This document shows positions 50,863 through 59,664 of a stretch of 64,000 nt of DNA, one piece after another. How positions within the stretch are numbered: position 1 is the first letter of the stretch; each line of letters opens with the position of its first letter. Source of the stretch: an uncultured Gemmatimonadales bacterium. GTDB taxonomy: Bacteria; Gemmatimonadota; Gemmatimonadetes; Gemmatimonadales; GWC2-71-9. Under the pieces are notes generated by a model that searched no databases, was not told where the DNA came from, and saw nothing but the letters and a program-made list of their open reading frames with translations. The stretch spans positions 256,001 to 320,000 of the forward strand of contig CAVSQW010000012.1 of assembly GCA_963730185.1 (NCBI GenBank), read 5' to 3'. A program made the position numbers and the translations under genes.

Positions 50863-52497
50863 TCAGGGTTGCCCGCCGCGGCCGGGACGACGGAGCGTGA
50901 TCTTGGGCGTCGTGGGCTGCGGGGTCTGGGGCGGCGGTGGCGGCGGCGCGGGTGCGGGCCGAGGCGGGGCGGCACCGGCGGCCGACGGCGCCATGCCCGC
51001 CATGCCGAGCCGGCGGCGGAACAGCACCGCGCCGCGGAGGCTGTGGCCCGGCTGCACCGTCACCGTCAGTCCGTTGATCGTCGCGACGTCTTCGGGAGTA
51101 TCGAAGTTCATCGCGAAGTTCCGTTGACTCTCGAGCTCGCAGATGACGGTCCGGGTAATCGGCGAGCGGTGACCGCCGGCCGCGTTGACCCGGACGGTCA
51201 CGCTCAGCTCCTGCCCCGGCGCCCACTGGTAGCTCGACCGCGGGTCGCCGGTCAGCACGATCCGATACTCGTGCTTCCCGGCGAGGTCGAGCTGGCTGAA
51301 GACGAAGGTCAGGAGGTCGCCCTCGCGCTGCGGATGCGACGGCGAGGTGACCGCTTCGTAGAAGTGCTCGCCGTCGCGATCGAGCAGGAACTTGATCGAT
51401 TCGATGGCCCGGTTGATCCGGTAGTCGACGTACTTGCCGGCCAGCGCGTCGACCAGGTGGCGGAGCCGGGAGAGCGTCTCCGTCGCGCGGACCACCAGCG
51501 GGCGGAGCTCTTCCCGCCGATCGAGCTCCCGCTGGGTGGCCAGCACCCCGCGCTCGGCCTCGAGCAGCTCGGAATAGCTGGTGTCGACCTGGCTCAGGTC
51601 CTTGAAGAACTGGCGGCTCGACGACGAGAGCTCGAGGGCCAACGCCACCGTCCGCCCGGCCCGTTCGAGCTGTTGGAAGAACCGGTGCGGCGGCATCGCC
51701 AGGTCGGCCGTCTCGTAAGCGCACTGCTCGAGCGCCATGACCGCCCGCTCCACGAAGGCGCCGATGTCGACGTCGCTCCGAACGTCGACGCCCCGGGCCG
51801 CCACCTTCTCGGCGTAGCGGGCGGCGCTCCGGTGGATCTCCTGGTACTCGCCGACCAGGAGCCGGGCCTCCGATTGGAGCCGGGTGGCGGCGGTGTAGAG
51901 GGCGGTATGGGCCAGGAGCGAGGCGCAGGGCGGGATGTACTGCCCGTCGAGCTCGAAGCCGAGCGTCTCCGAGGCCCGGCGAAGCTTCCCCACCACCATC
52001 GACGACGACGCCAGCTCGGCCGGGAGGCCGAGGCGGACTTCGTACTTGGCCCGGCTGAGGGCGGCCTGGTTGGGATTCGAGGGATCGAGTCCCACCGAGG
52101 CCGGATCGTTCTCGCGCTCGCCGCTCCGGACCACGTACACCAGGGCATCGGTCACCCCGGCCAGGTCGCTCTTTCGCCAGTCGCCCTGCACCACCCGCGA
52201 CTCGTCGATCTCCACCAGCTCGCCGCCGGGGGTCACCCCGCGGGCCCGGAGGACCGAGACCCGGATCCGATCGGCCTCGTTCAGGACCTCGACCTTGGGG
52301 TCGTACTTGGCCAGGCCCTGCTCCACCGTCTCGAGCCGGACCCCACCGCCGACCAAGCCGGTGCCCGGGAGACAGTACTTGAGCAGCCAGGCAACCTGCT
52401 CTTCGACGTATCGGTCCTGACGCATGAAATGCTGCGGCGCGAGCAGCATTCCGGTGGTCCAGTTCACCGACTTGAAATAGTCGTCCCGTTGGGTCAC
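50863..52497 (-). CDS. tssK: T6SS baseplate TssK-like protein with C-terminal extension
   Basis: N-terminal SVNWTTGMLLAPQHFMRQDRY and YIPPC, typical of TssK; Pro-rich tail; GTG coupled to the tssG stop. Confidence 0.75.
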   Translation of the reverse strand: MTQRDDYFKSVNWTTGMLLAPQHFMRQDRYVEEQVAWLLKYCLPGTGLVGGGVRLETVEQGLAKYDPKVEVLNEADRIRVSVLRARGVTPGGELVEIDESRVVQGDWRKSDLAGVTDALVYVVRSGERENDPASVGLDPSNPNQAALSRAKYEVRLGLPAELASSSMVVGKLRRASETLGFELDGQYIPPCASLLAHTALYTAATRLQSEARLLVGEYQEIHRSAARYAEKVAARGVDVRSDVDIGAFVERAVMALEQCAYETADLAMPPHRFFQQLERAGRTVALALELSSSSRQFFKDLSQVDTSYSELLEAERGVLATQRELDRREELRPLVVRATETLSRLRHLVDALAGKYVDYRINRAIESIKFLLDRDGEHFYEAVTSPSHPQREGDLLTFVFSQLDLAGKHEYRIVLTGDPRSSYQWAPGQELSVTVRVNAAGGHRSPITRTVICELESQRNFAMNFDTPEDVATINGLTVTVQPGHSLRGAVLFRRRLGMAGMAPSAAGAAPPRPAPAPPPPPPQTPQPTTPKITLRRPGRGGQP

Positions 52498-53402
52498 GCA
52501 GCACTCCTTGGCTCGGGACTGCCGAGATAGCTGTTCAGGCCCAGGGCGGCCTCATGCTCCGGATCGCCGAGCACGGCCGCCTCCGAGCGATTGCCGACGA
52601 TCCACCGCTCCGTCACGGTGGCGCGGAGATGCACCGGCAGCACCAGGCGGTAGATCGCGTCGCGCTGGCTCCGCTCGTCGGGCCGCTGCATCCGCCGGTA
52701 GGTCTCGAGGTCGACCGGGCCGATGTCGATCTCCACCGAGGTGCTGGCGGTGACGCCGTCGCCCACGATCGCGTCGATGCCCAGCCGGCCGTTCCGCCGG
52801 CCCAGCCGGGTCCGCCGCCCGGCCGAGACCGGGGCGATCCCGGAGACCAGCCGGACCGGGGATGCCGGCAGCCGGAATACCGAACGTAAGGCAATCGCCG
52901 GGCCGTCGGGACGGCCCGCGATCCGGGCCAGGGACGGCAGGAGCCGGGCCACGTCGTACCACCGCTCCCGGGGCCAGGGCGCGGCCGACAGTCGGAATAT
53001 CTCGGTGATCCAGCGGTTGGCGCCATCGGGGTCGTCGGGGTGGAGGTCGAGCAGCCCCCCCGCGGCCCGCAAATGGAGCTGGAGCTTGAGAAAATGGGTG
53101 TCGAAGAGGCCGAACAGCCGGTCGCTCCGGAATTCGCCCTCGGCGCTGTCGCGCATCGGGTAGGGCAGACTGTCGATCGCGCCCGAGCCGGCCACGGTCA
53201 GCACCACTCGGGTCTCCAGGGCGAGCTCGGTGCCGGCCGCCGGCGACTGCGACACCACCGTGCCCGGAGCCCAGCCCGGCCCCGCACTGTGCAAGGTGAT
53301 CCGATCGAGATCGACGCCCATCCGGAGCAGCGCCGGCACGGCGGAATCCACGGTGTGGCGGGCGCCGCGCCGGGGGGTGACCAGGTCGGGCATCGCGCTC
53401 AC
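52494..53402 (-). CDS. tssG: T6SS baseplate TssG-like protein with N-terminal PASTA-like domain
   Basis: Position after tssF; LFGLFDTHF, TRLGRRNGRLG...IVG and VEIDIGPVD..Y TssG-like motifs; ALGLNSYLG. Confidence 0.7.
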   Translation of the reverse strand: MSAMPDLVTPRRGARHTVDSAVPALLRMGVDLDRITLHSAGPGWAPGTVVSQSPAAGTELALETRVVLTVAGSGAIDSLPYPMRDSAEGEFRSDRLFGLFDTHFLKLQLHLRAAGGLLDLHPDDPDGANRWITEIFRLSAAPWPRERWYDVARLLPSLARIAGRPDGPAIALRSVFRLPASPVRLVSGIAPVSAGRRTRLGRRNGRLGIDAIVGDGVTASTSVEIDIGPVDLETYRRMQRPDERSQRDAIYRLVLPVHLRATVTERWIVGNRSEAAVLGDPEHEAALGLNSYLGSPEPRSAA

Positions 53403-55138
53403 CGGCCGTCGCCCTCCACCGGTACGATGGTGACCTCGATCCGATGCCCGATCATGGCTCGTTCGCTCAGGTACTGCTCCAGCTCGGTGCCCAGCCGCTC
53501 CAACTCGGCCTCGGGGTCGGCGAACTTGTCCCGGGGCGCGTGGGCGGTCACCCGGGTCACCAGCCCGAGGCCGGCGTCGGTAATCTCCGAGAGCGACTCC
53601 ACGTCGATCCGGGCCCGGTCGAGATTCGGCTCGAAGGCCCGGACCGCGATGTCGATGTCGGCCGCCGTGACCAGGCGGTCGCGGGTCCGGAGCATCTCGG
53701 CGAACCGGTCGCGGGCATCGGAGTAGCTGGGCGGCGCCGCGCCGCCCTTGGACGGCGTCAGGCTCGTGACCCGGGCGGTGGGATTGTTGGGCAGGTCGGT
53801 CCGGATCTGCTTCACCTCGCCGGGCGCGATCCCGTTGCCCTCGTCGCCGTCGCAGTAGAGCACCCGGAGCATGGCGTACGTCTCGAACCGCCCGCTCTCC
53901 TGCTTGGCCGGCGCGAATTCGAACTGGCCCCGGCCCCGGTAGCGATATCGTCCGGTGGCGGCCCGGGCCTCGAGGTCGCCGGTGGCGACGTAGGGATCGC
54001 CGTTCTCGCCCACCACCGAGAGCACCCCCATGACGTGGCGACGGTCCGAGCCCATCGGTCGGTGGGTTACCACCGATCCCATCCGATCGAAGTCGATCTG
54101 CTCGCTCCAGACCTCGATGTTGGAGACGGTGACGCAGTTGACCGCGATCCGGGTGACGGTATTGGCCACCCCGCGGAGTCCGGCCGGCAGGGGGATCTGC
54201 ACCCAGGCGAGCGGCCGATCCAGGGCCCGTTCCTGCCCCTGCGGGAGCAGCTTGGGCACCGCGCCGGCGACGGCCGGCGGGATCCGCGACCTGGTCCGTC
54301 GGTCACGGGGGATTTCAGGAAACACCCAGAGCCGCGAGCCGTAGACGCCGCCGACCAGCTGAATGGCCCGGGCCAGGGCGGACTCCGGCTCGGCGGCGCC
54401 GGGCGGCTCGCGGAAGAACTTGAGCCGCCACATGCCGCCCCGGGTCCGGGTGGAGCGGAGGATCCCGGGCTCGGTGACCACGCCGGCCTCGGAGAGGATT
54501 TGCCACGGGCTTCGCGCCAGGGCCGTCGCGACCTCGGCGCCGCGACCCGACACCTCGATGAAGACGCCGAGCCGGCTCAGGTGCGACTCGTCGGTCTCGA
54601 AGGCCAGGAGCAGCATCGGCGCCGGGTTGGTGAGATCCAGCGCCACGGAGTTGCCCGGGAGGACCGGCTGGTTGACCCACGGGAGGCGGGCGCCCGGGAT
54701 CGTCTGAAGCCGGCCACTCTCGTACACCCCCGCGAACACCAGCTCGGTGGGCGCAATCTCGATGGTTTCGTCGGGCGCGAAGACGATCTGCTCGCCGTTG
54801 GGCCGGTAGCCGATCAGCTCGATGTCGGGGGTGACCGGCTCGCGCTTCTGGACCTGGCTGAACTGGACCACCGCCTGCGCCGGACGGGCCAGCCGAGCCG
54901 GCAGACCCAGCCCGCGGATCAAGTCATCGAGCGCGGCGGCGAAGAAGACGTGGTCGGCCTCCCGGTAGATCGTGTCGATCTGATGAGCCAGGGCGTGGAA
55001 CACCGAGCCCAGGACCGGGTCGGGCAGGGTCTGCCCGCCGGTCTGCTGGTACATCTCCCGGGTAAACGCCTCGCGCAGCTGCCGCGCGATGTCGGCGGCG
55101 CTCCGTCCGGCGGGTCTCAGGCTCTGGCCCTGCTCCAC
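53399..55138 (-). CDS. tssF: T6SS baseplate TssF-like (gp6/baseplate J-related) protein
   Basis: DPVL..VFHALA...ARPAQAVV N-terminus; KGGAAP...RFAEMLRTRDRLVTAADI C-terminus. Confidence 0.75.
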   Translation of the reverse strand: MEQGQSLRPAGRSAADIARQLREAFTREMYQQTGGQTLPDPVLGSVFHALAHQIDTIYREADHVFFAAALDDLIRGLGLPARLARPAQAVVQFSQVQKREPVTPDIELIGYRPNGEQIVFAPDETIEIAPTELVFAGVYESGRLQTIPGARLPWVNQPVLPGNSVALDLTNPAPMLLLAFETDESHLSRLGVFIEVSGRGAEVATALARSPWQILSEAGVVTEPGILRSTRTRGGMWRLKFFREPPGAAEPESALARAIQLVGGVYGSRLWVFPEIPRDRRTRSRIPPAVAGAVPKLLPQGQERALDRPLAWVQIPLPAGLRGVANTVTRIAVNCVTVSNIEVWSEQIDFDRMGSVVTHRPMGSDRRHVMGVLSVVGENGDPYVATGDLEARAATGRYRYRGRGQFEFAPAKQESGRFETYAMLRVLYCDGDEGNGIAPGEVKQIRTDLPNNPTARVTSLTPSKGGAAPPSYSDARDRFAEMLRTRDRLVTAADIDIAVRAFEPNLDRARIDVESLSEITDAGLGLVTRVTAHAPRDKFADPEAELERLGTELEQYLSERAMIGHRIEVTIVPVEGDGR

Positions 55139-55141
55139 GGA

Positions 55142-56992
55142 TCAGCCCTGCCTCGGGGTATCGGGATCCGCGGTTCGGGTGGCCACGGCGTCTTCCGGCG
55201 TCGTCCGCGTACCCAGGTCGGTCGAGTCGACCTTGACCTGATTGGTCGGCACCGGCTTGCCGGCGAACCCGGGCGGCTGCACGTGCACCATCCCGCCCAC
55301 GATCGCGTTCAGGGCGCCGGCCACCGACTCGACGTTCATGTTCCCCTTCAGCGCCACGTTCATGCCGTTGAGCGTCGCGTCGCGACCGGCCTTGAGGGTC
55401 AGGGCGCCGGTGACCTCGAGGTAGTCGTCGCCGCTCACCTTCTTGAGCGACGGGCCCGACACGACCTGGGTGAAGCTCTTCGACTTCATCCTGAGCTCGC
55501 CCTCGGCCTCGAGGGCGATGTCGCCCCCGGACTTGATCGTGATCACCGGGGTGTCGCCGTTGGTCAGCTGCACCATGCACTTGCCTTCGGGCGTGAAGAC
55601 CTCGATGGTCTCCGCCCCGTCGTCGTCGAGCAGCTGGATGGTGTTGCCGCTCCGGGTAATGATCCGCTTGGCGGTATTCCCCGAGGTCGGCTCCGGCGCC
55701 TGGTCGAGACCGTTCCAGAGCCCCCCCACCACCACCGGGAACTCGGGATCGCCGGCCAGGAAGACCACCAGCACCTCATCGCCGATTTCGGGGATGAACA
55801 TCATGCCCCGTCCGTTCCCGGTGTGCGGAGTGGCCAGCCGAGCCCAGTAGGACTGCTCGTCGCCGCCGCTCCACCGATACTGCACCCGGACCCGACCCAT
55901 CTTCGACGGGTCCTCGTTGTCGATCACCTCGGCCGCGATCGGCCCCGCGATGGCGACCCGGGCCGGGGCCTGATAGCTGGTGAACGTCTTCCAGGGCGTG
56001 GCCTCGAACCGGTTGAGGTACTGCTGGTCCTTGAAGGTGTTCGTGATCCGGGTGATCCCCAGCTTGCCGGTGGTGGCCAGCTGGAAGTCCTTCCCCTCGA
56101 TCAGGTTCACCAGATCGCCCGCCTGGAGGCCGGGCTTGCCGGACACGCACTCGACCCGGAGCGCTCCGCCCATCGCCCGCTCGCTCTCCTGTCGGAGCTT
56201 GGCCTTGAACTCAGCGTGGTCGGTGGACACCGCGAACGGCTCCGCCAGGATCGGGTCGCCGCCCCCGGCATACCCTCGGGCCAGGTCATTGACCGTGGCG
56301 ACCAGCTTGGCCGCCCCACCCAGGGTTGCCGGGTTGGACCGGATGCCGGCGTGGGCGTGGGTCGACTTCTCCTTCAGGTCGTAGCTCGCGCCCGTCACGC
56401 CGTTGTTCACGGGCCGGGCCCGGGCTGTGACCTCGATGAGCGACTCACCCCAGATCAGATCCCAGCCCTTGTCGACGAACTCGTTCCGGATCTCGACCTG
56501 GGGACCCGATGTCACCAGAAAGCAGCCGGCCTCGTCGGCCAGGCGCTTCAAGAACTCGAACTCGGTCTCGCCCCACTGGACGAAGTCGAAGGGATCGGCG
56601 GCCGGGAGTTTGGCCACGACCTTGACGCCCAGCTTGGTGGCGACGTCGCCCAGCTTGGCGCGGGGGAAATGCCGGGTGTCCCGGAACTCGTGCCGGATCG
56701 AGGGCGAGACGCAGTCGAGCACGAACCGGGCGCCGAAATGGAGCAAGTGGCTCTGGGCCCCGTCGGCGACGACGCCCTGAAAGATCTCGAGCGGATCGGC
56801 CTCGTCCTCCTGCACGGTCACGCTGACCGGGGCCCGGAGCAGGTCCTCGAGGGCCACGGTTTGGGCCCGGTCGCGGGTGAACTCGATGGCGCAGCGGGTG
56901 TGCTCTCCGAGCTCCTGCACCACCTCGAGCGATTCCACTTCGCTGTTTCTGAGCACCAGGTCGCCGATGCTGACCCGGATGATGACTTTCAT
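55142..56992 (-). CDS. vgrG: VgrG/TssI spike protein
   Basis: VQWGETEFEFLKRLA (gp27-like); DNEDPSKMGRVRVQY, WARL..PHTGNGRGMMFIPEIGDEVLVVF (gp5 OB); C-terminal beta-helix repeats. Confidence 0.92.
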   Translation of the reverse strand: MKVIIRVSIGDLVLRNSEVESLEVVQELGEHTRCAIEFTRDRAQTVALEDLLRAPVSVTVQEDEADPLEIFQGVVADGAQSHLLHFGARFVLDCVSPSIRHEFRDTRHFPRAKLGDVATKLGVKVVAKLPAADPFDFVQWGETEFEFLKRLADEAGCFLVTSGPQVEIRNEFVDKGWDLIWGESLIEVTARARPVNNGVTGASYDLKEKSTHAHAGIRSNPATLGGAAKLVATVNDLARGYAGGGDPILAEPFAVSTDHAEFKAKLRQESERAMGGALRVECVSGKPGLQAGDLVNLIEGKDFQLATTGKLGITRITNTFKDQQYLNRFEATPWKTFTSYQAPARVAIAGPIAAEVIDNEDPSKMGRVRVQYRWSGGDEQSYWARLATPHTGNGRGMMFIPEIGDEVLVVFLAGDPEFPVVVGGLWNGLDQAPEPTSGNTAKRIITRSGNTIQLLDDDGAETIEVFTPEGKCMVQLTNGDTPVITIKSGGDIALEAEGELRMKSKSFTQVVSGPSLKKVSGDDYLEVTGALTLKAGRDATLNGMNVALKGNMNVESVAGALNAIVGGMVHVQPPGFAGKPVPTNQVKVDSTDLGTRTTPEDAVATRTADPDTPRQG

Positions 56993-57017
56993 TGCGGTCC
57001 TCCCTGGGGCCTGGGGC

Positions 57018-57377
57018 CTAGCCCGCGGCCATTTCCCCGAACAGGGCCTTGCCTTCGGGTGACTCTATCGTCAACCGGAAGGCGCGCCGGCCGTCGACGC
57101 CGAAGGTCCCGGTGGTGATCGACTGGACCCGATACCCTGCCACGCCCAGGTTGCCGAGGGCCGCGTTGATGGCGTCCTGCAACCCTTCGTGATCGGTCCG
57201 ATCGCGACGGGCCGCTTCGGTGAAGGCCTCGAGCAGCCCGAACCAGGGCGCGTGGGGCCAGGCCCGACTCGACGTGCCGGCCATCACCTGAACGAGACCC
57301 AGTATCGCGTCGAAGCCCTCCTGCTCGACGAAACGTCCCTGAGGGGTGATCCGGAGCGGAAGGGCTATCGATCGCAT
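57018..57377 (-). CDS. tssE: gp25-like baseplate protein TssE
   Basis: IALPL...AILGLVQVMAGTSSRAWPHAPWFGL resembles the gp25 T..GE...P.FG motif; position between the tube gene and vgrG. Confidence 0.65.
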   Translation of the reverse strand: MRSIALPLRITPQGRFVEQEGFDAILGLVQVMAGTSSRAWPHAPWFGLLEAFTEAARRDRTDHEGLQDAINAALGNLGVAGYRVQSITTGTFGVDGRRAFRLTIESPEGKALFGEMAAG

Positions 57378-57386
57378 GATCGGGCC

Positions 57387-57420
57387 GGGTGGGGCGGTCG
57401 GTCCAGCGGACCGACCACCC
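57387..57420 (-). terminator. GC-rich stem-loop between tssD and tssE (no U-tract; attenuator or RNA stabiliser)
   Basis: GGTCGGTCC-AGC-GGACCGACC perfect 9-bp stem (57396-57416), extendable with GGGT/ACCC. Confidence 0.55.
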
Positions 57421-57431
57421 GTCGACGGCGC

Positions 57432-57872
57432 TTACTTCGTGAACTTGTGCTTCGAGACGTTCGACTCGTCGACCGCCACCACCAGCTCGAGCTTGAGCAG
57501 GTTCTTGAAGCCGATCTGTGAGGTCGAAACGGTCTCGGTCGCGATCACCGGGTTCCCCACCTCGAAGTGGGAGATCCAGCCCATGAACTCGACCGCGTGC
57601 AGCACCTTGTCGGCTTCGTCCATATAGTAGGTGATCTCGCACTTGTGGAGCGGATCCTTGCTCTCGGTCGCGATCTTCCACAGCTCGATCTGCTGCGACG
57701 GCGAGAGGTTGTCGATCACGCTCGCGTCCATCCAGATGTCCACCCGACCGACCATCGAGTCGCCGATCCGGCGACCGACCTGGTTGGCGTTCCGGGCGAT
57801 CCGGTAGGTGGCCTGAACGGGTCGGAACTCGATGCTATCGATCTTGACCTTGACGCGGTTGTACGTGGCCAT
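57432..57872 (-). CDS. tssD: Tail-tube protein TssD (Hcp-equivalent, Bacteroidota T6SSiii-like)
   Basis: 146 aa beta-rich; Y.I.R..NQVGR......G.V.I and ITYY.DEADKVL..VEF pattern recalls TssD of subtype iii; RBS GGAGAG. Confidence 0.7.
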   Translation of the reverse strand: MATYNRVKVKIDSIEFRPVQATYRIARNANQVGRRIGDSMVGRVDIWMDASVIDNLSPSQQIELWKIATESKDPLHKCEITYYMDEADKVLHAVEFMGWISHFEVGNPVIATETVSTSQIGFKNLLKLELVVAVDESNVSKHKFTK

Positions 57873-57912
57873 GGTTCTCTCCAGTAAGGGTTGCGGCTCA
57901 AGCGCCGGGGGT

Positions 57913-58299
57913 TCAGAGGCCGAACAACTTCTTCATCCTCCCTAAGAGCGACGCGGGGGCGTCACTTTCCCTCATGCCGGGGTCGGGGACGGATGGGGCG
58001 GCTGCCTCGGCCGCCGGCGAGGCCGGAGCCTCGACGGACGGACTCGCGGCCTCAGCCCTGGGCGCGGGCCGGAATTCGAATTCGGGATCGCGCTCGGTGC
58101 GCGCCTGGTGGCGCGACGAGAAGTTGAGCACCGACATCCGGGTCTTGTCGCCCCGGGCCAAGTGGCCCGAGCCGTCCATCCGACGCTCGACCCGGATGTT
58201 GCCGCGCTCTTGCTTGGTGTACCGGAGGTCGGGCTTCCGGGTTCCGTCGGGGTTCGCCAACGGGTCGGGCGCCTCGGCCTCCTGGTCGTCAGCCGACAT
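57913..58299 (-). CDS. Hypothetical protein between sheath and tube genes, with C-terminal amphipathic helix
   Basis: RBS GAGGT before the ATG; Ala/Pro-rich linker; ends SLLGRMKKLFGL. Confidence 0.7.
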   Translation of the reverse strand: MSADDQEAEAPDPLANPDGTRKPDLRYTKQERGNIRVERRMDGSGHLARGDKTRMSVLNFSSRHQARTERDPEFEFRPAPRAEAASPSVEAPASPAAEAAAPSVPDPGMRESDAPASLLGRMKKLFGL

Positions 58300-58317
58300 G
58301 GATTACCTCGCTTATCG

Positions 58318-59664
58318 TCAGCCTTCGGCGCCCTTCTTGAAGTCCGGGGTATCGATCTTGAGCTCGAAGGTTTCCGCCGGTCCGACGGGCAGCACCTCGA
58401 GATTGATGTCGAGTACCCCCTGGGCGAACTTGTCCTCGTCCATGTCGATGTCGAGCGAATACTTGTAGATCGTCCCGCCCTTGAGCTCGTCTTCCAGGAA
58501 CTCCTCGATCGGGTTCCGGACCTGCTCCTTCACCAGATCGCGGGTCAGCCGCTGCTCCGCCACCCGGCGGAGGTAGACGGAGATTCGCCGCTCCAGGTAG
58601 CGAAGGACCCGGTACGACGTAAAGAACTTGAGCACCCCCTTGGGGTCCTCGGCCTGGGTCCGGCTCCCGACGAAACAGAGCTGGTTCGAGTCGTCGCGGA
58701 TCATGCAGAGCACCTGCCGCTCCATGGTCAGGTGCTCCATCTGGGAGATCCGGGGCTCGATCCGGGACTTCTCCACCCCGCGGATCTGCCCGAAGATCAT
58801 CCCGACCGGGCCTTGAGCGATCCCGCCGCCGGTGGTCCGGTCGGTCCGGGCCAGACAGCCGGCGAAGAGCAGCGAGGCCGGCGAATAGAGATCGGGGTCG
58901 TCGACGTCGCCGTCGGCCTTCTCGAACCAGTGGCGGTCGCGGAGCTTCACGGTCCCGGCGATCACCACGTCGGCGGCCGCCTTGTCCTCGGGGCGCTTCA
59001 GGAACTCGTAGGCGCCGCCGTCGGTCCGGAACTGGTCGGAGAGCTGCTTGAAGTTCTTCTCGTCCTTGAGGTCGCCGATCAGCAGCATGCCCCACTGGCT
59101 GGCAATGTCCTCGAGCCGCTTCCGGACGTTGTCGGGTACATAACCCGGCAAAACCAGGTTGCAGATGAACTGCCGGAAGTTGAAGGTGTCGTTCCGGCTC
59201 TGAATGAACTCGTCCAGCGCCTCGATGGTGGAGCTGTTGACGTCGCTGGTGATGACCTTGGTATCGGCGTTGAAGATGTAGAACTCCACCGGCGGCCGTT
59301 GCTGCGAGTCGCGGACCTCGGCGTTCTCGAAGAAGAGCTGGAGCTGCCGGTAGCTCCGCTCGATCGGCCGGATCTTCTCGTAGATCTGGGCCAGCACGTC
59401 ATCGCGGAGCGCCTCCATCGAGGCGATCTGCTCGTCGAGCTTCTTCAAGGCCTGTTCGTAGCTGTCCTTGGTGGAGAGCAGGCTGGAGAAGTCGGCGACC
59501 CGCTTGAGGAACTGGCCGGCGCTCTCGGCGGTGAAGATGTCCTTGAGCGCGGTCTTGGCCGGCGCGGGGTGAATGACGTTGAAGATCTCCTCGATCGCCT
59601 TCCCGGCCGCGCGCTTGCCGATGATGTCCTGCGCGCTCTTGACCATCACTTTCTCGTCGCTCAC
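58318..59664 (-). CDS. tssC: Contractile sheath large subunit TssC (DUF5458/T6SSiii-like)
   Basis: 448 aa; RPIERSYRQLQLFFEN, IFNA, LVLPGY, MLLIGD and VLPVGPAETF..KI motifs; GTGA overlap with tssB. Confidence 0.8.
   Translation of the reverse strand: MSDEKVMVKSAQDIIGKRAAGKAIEEIFNVIHPAPAKTALKDIFTAESAGQFLKRVADFSSLLSTKDSYEQALKKLDEQIASMEALRDDVLAQIYEKIRPIERSYRQLQLFFENAEVRDSQQRPPVEFYIFNADTKVITSDVNSSTIEALDEFIQSRNDTFNFRQFICNLVLPGYVPDNVRKRLEDIASQWGMLLIGDLKDEKNFKQLSDQFRTDGGAYEFLKRPEDKAAADVVIAGTVKLRDRHWFEKADGDVDDPDLYSPASLLFAGCLARTDRTTGGGIAQGPVGMIFGQIRGVEKSRIEPRISQMEHLTMERQVLCMIRDDSNQLCFVGSRTQAEDPKGVLKFFTSYRVLRYLERRISVYLRRVAEQRLTRDLVKEQVRNPIEEFLEDELKGGTIYKYSLDIDMDEDKFAQGVLDINLEVLPVGPAETFELKIDTPDFKKGAEG

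Noticed and set aside
48095..52504. 1469-aa ORF as a TssK-Clp fusion
   Set aside because: The first ~550 aa are an off-frame reading over tssK; the Clp protein starts at ATG 50848.
53444..57118. 1224-aa plus-strand ORF, and similar long antisense ORFs (10867-14241, 14174-17248, 27582-30251)
   Set aside because: Shadow frames of high-GC genes with Arg/Gly/Pro-rich composition and no motifs.
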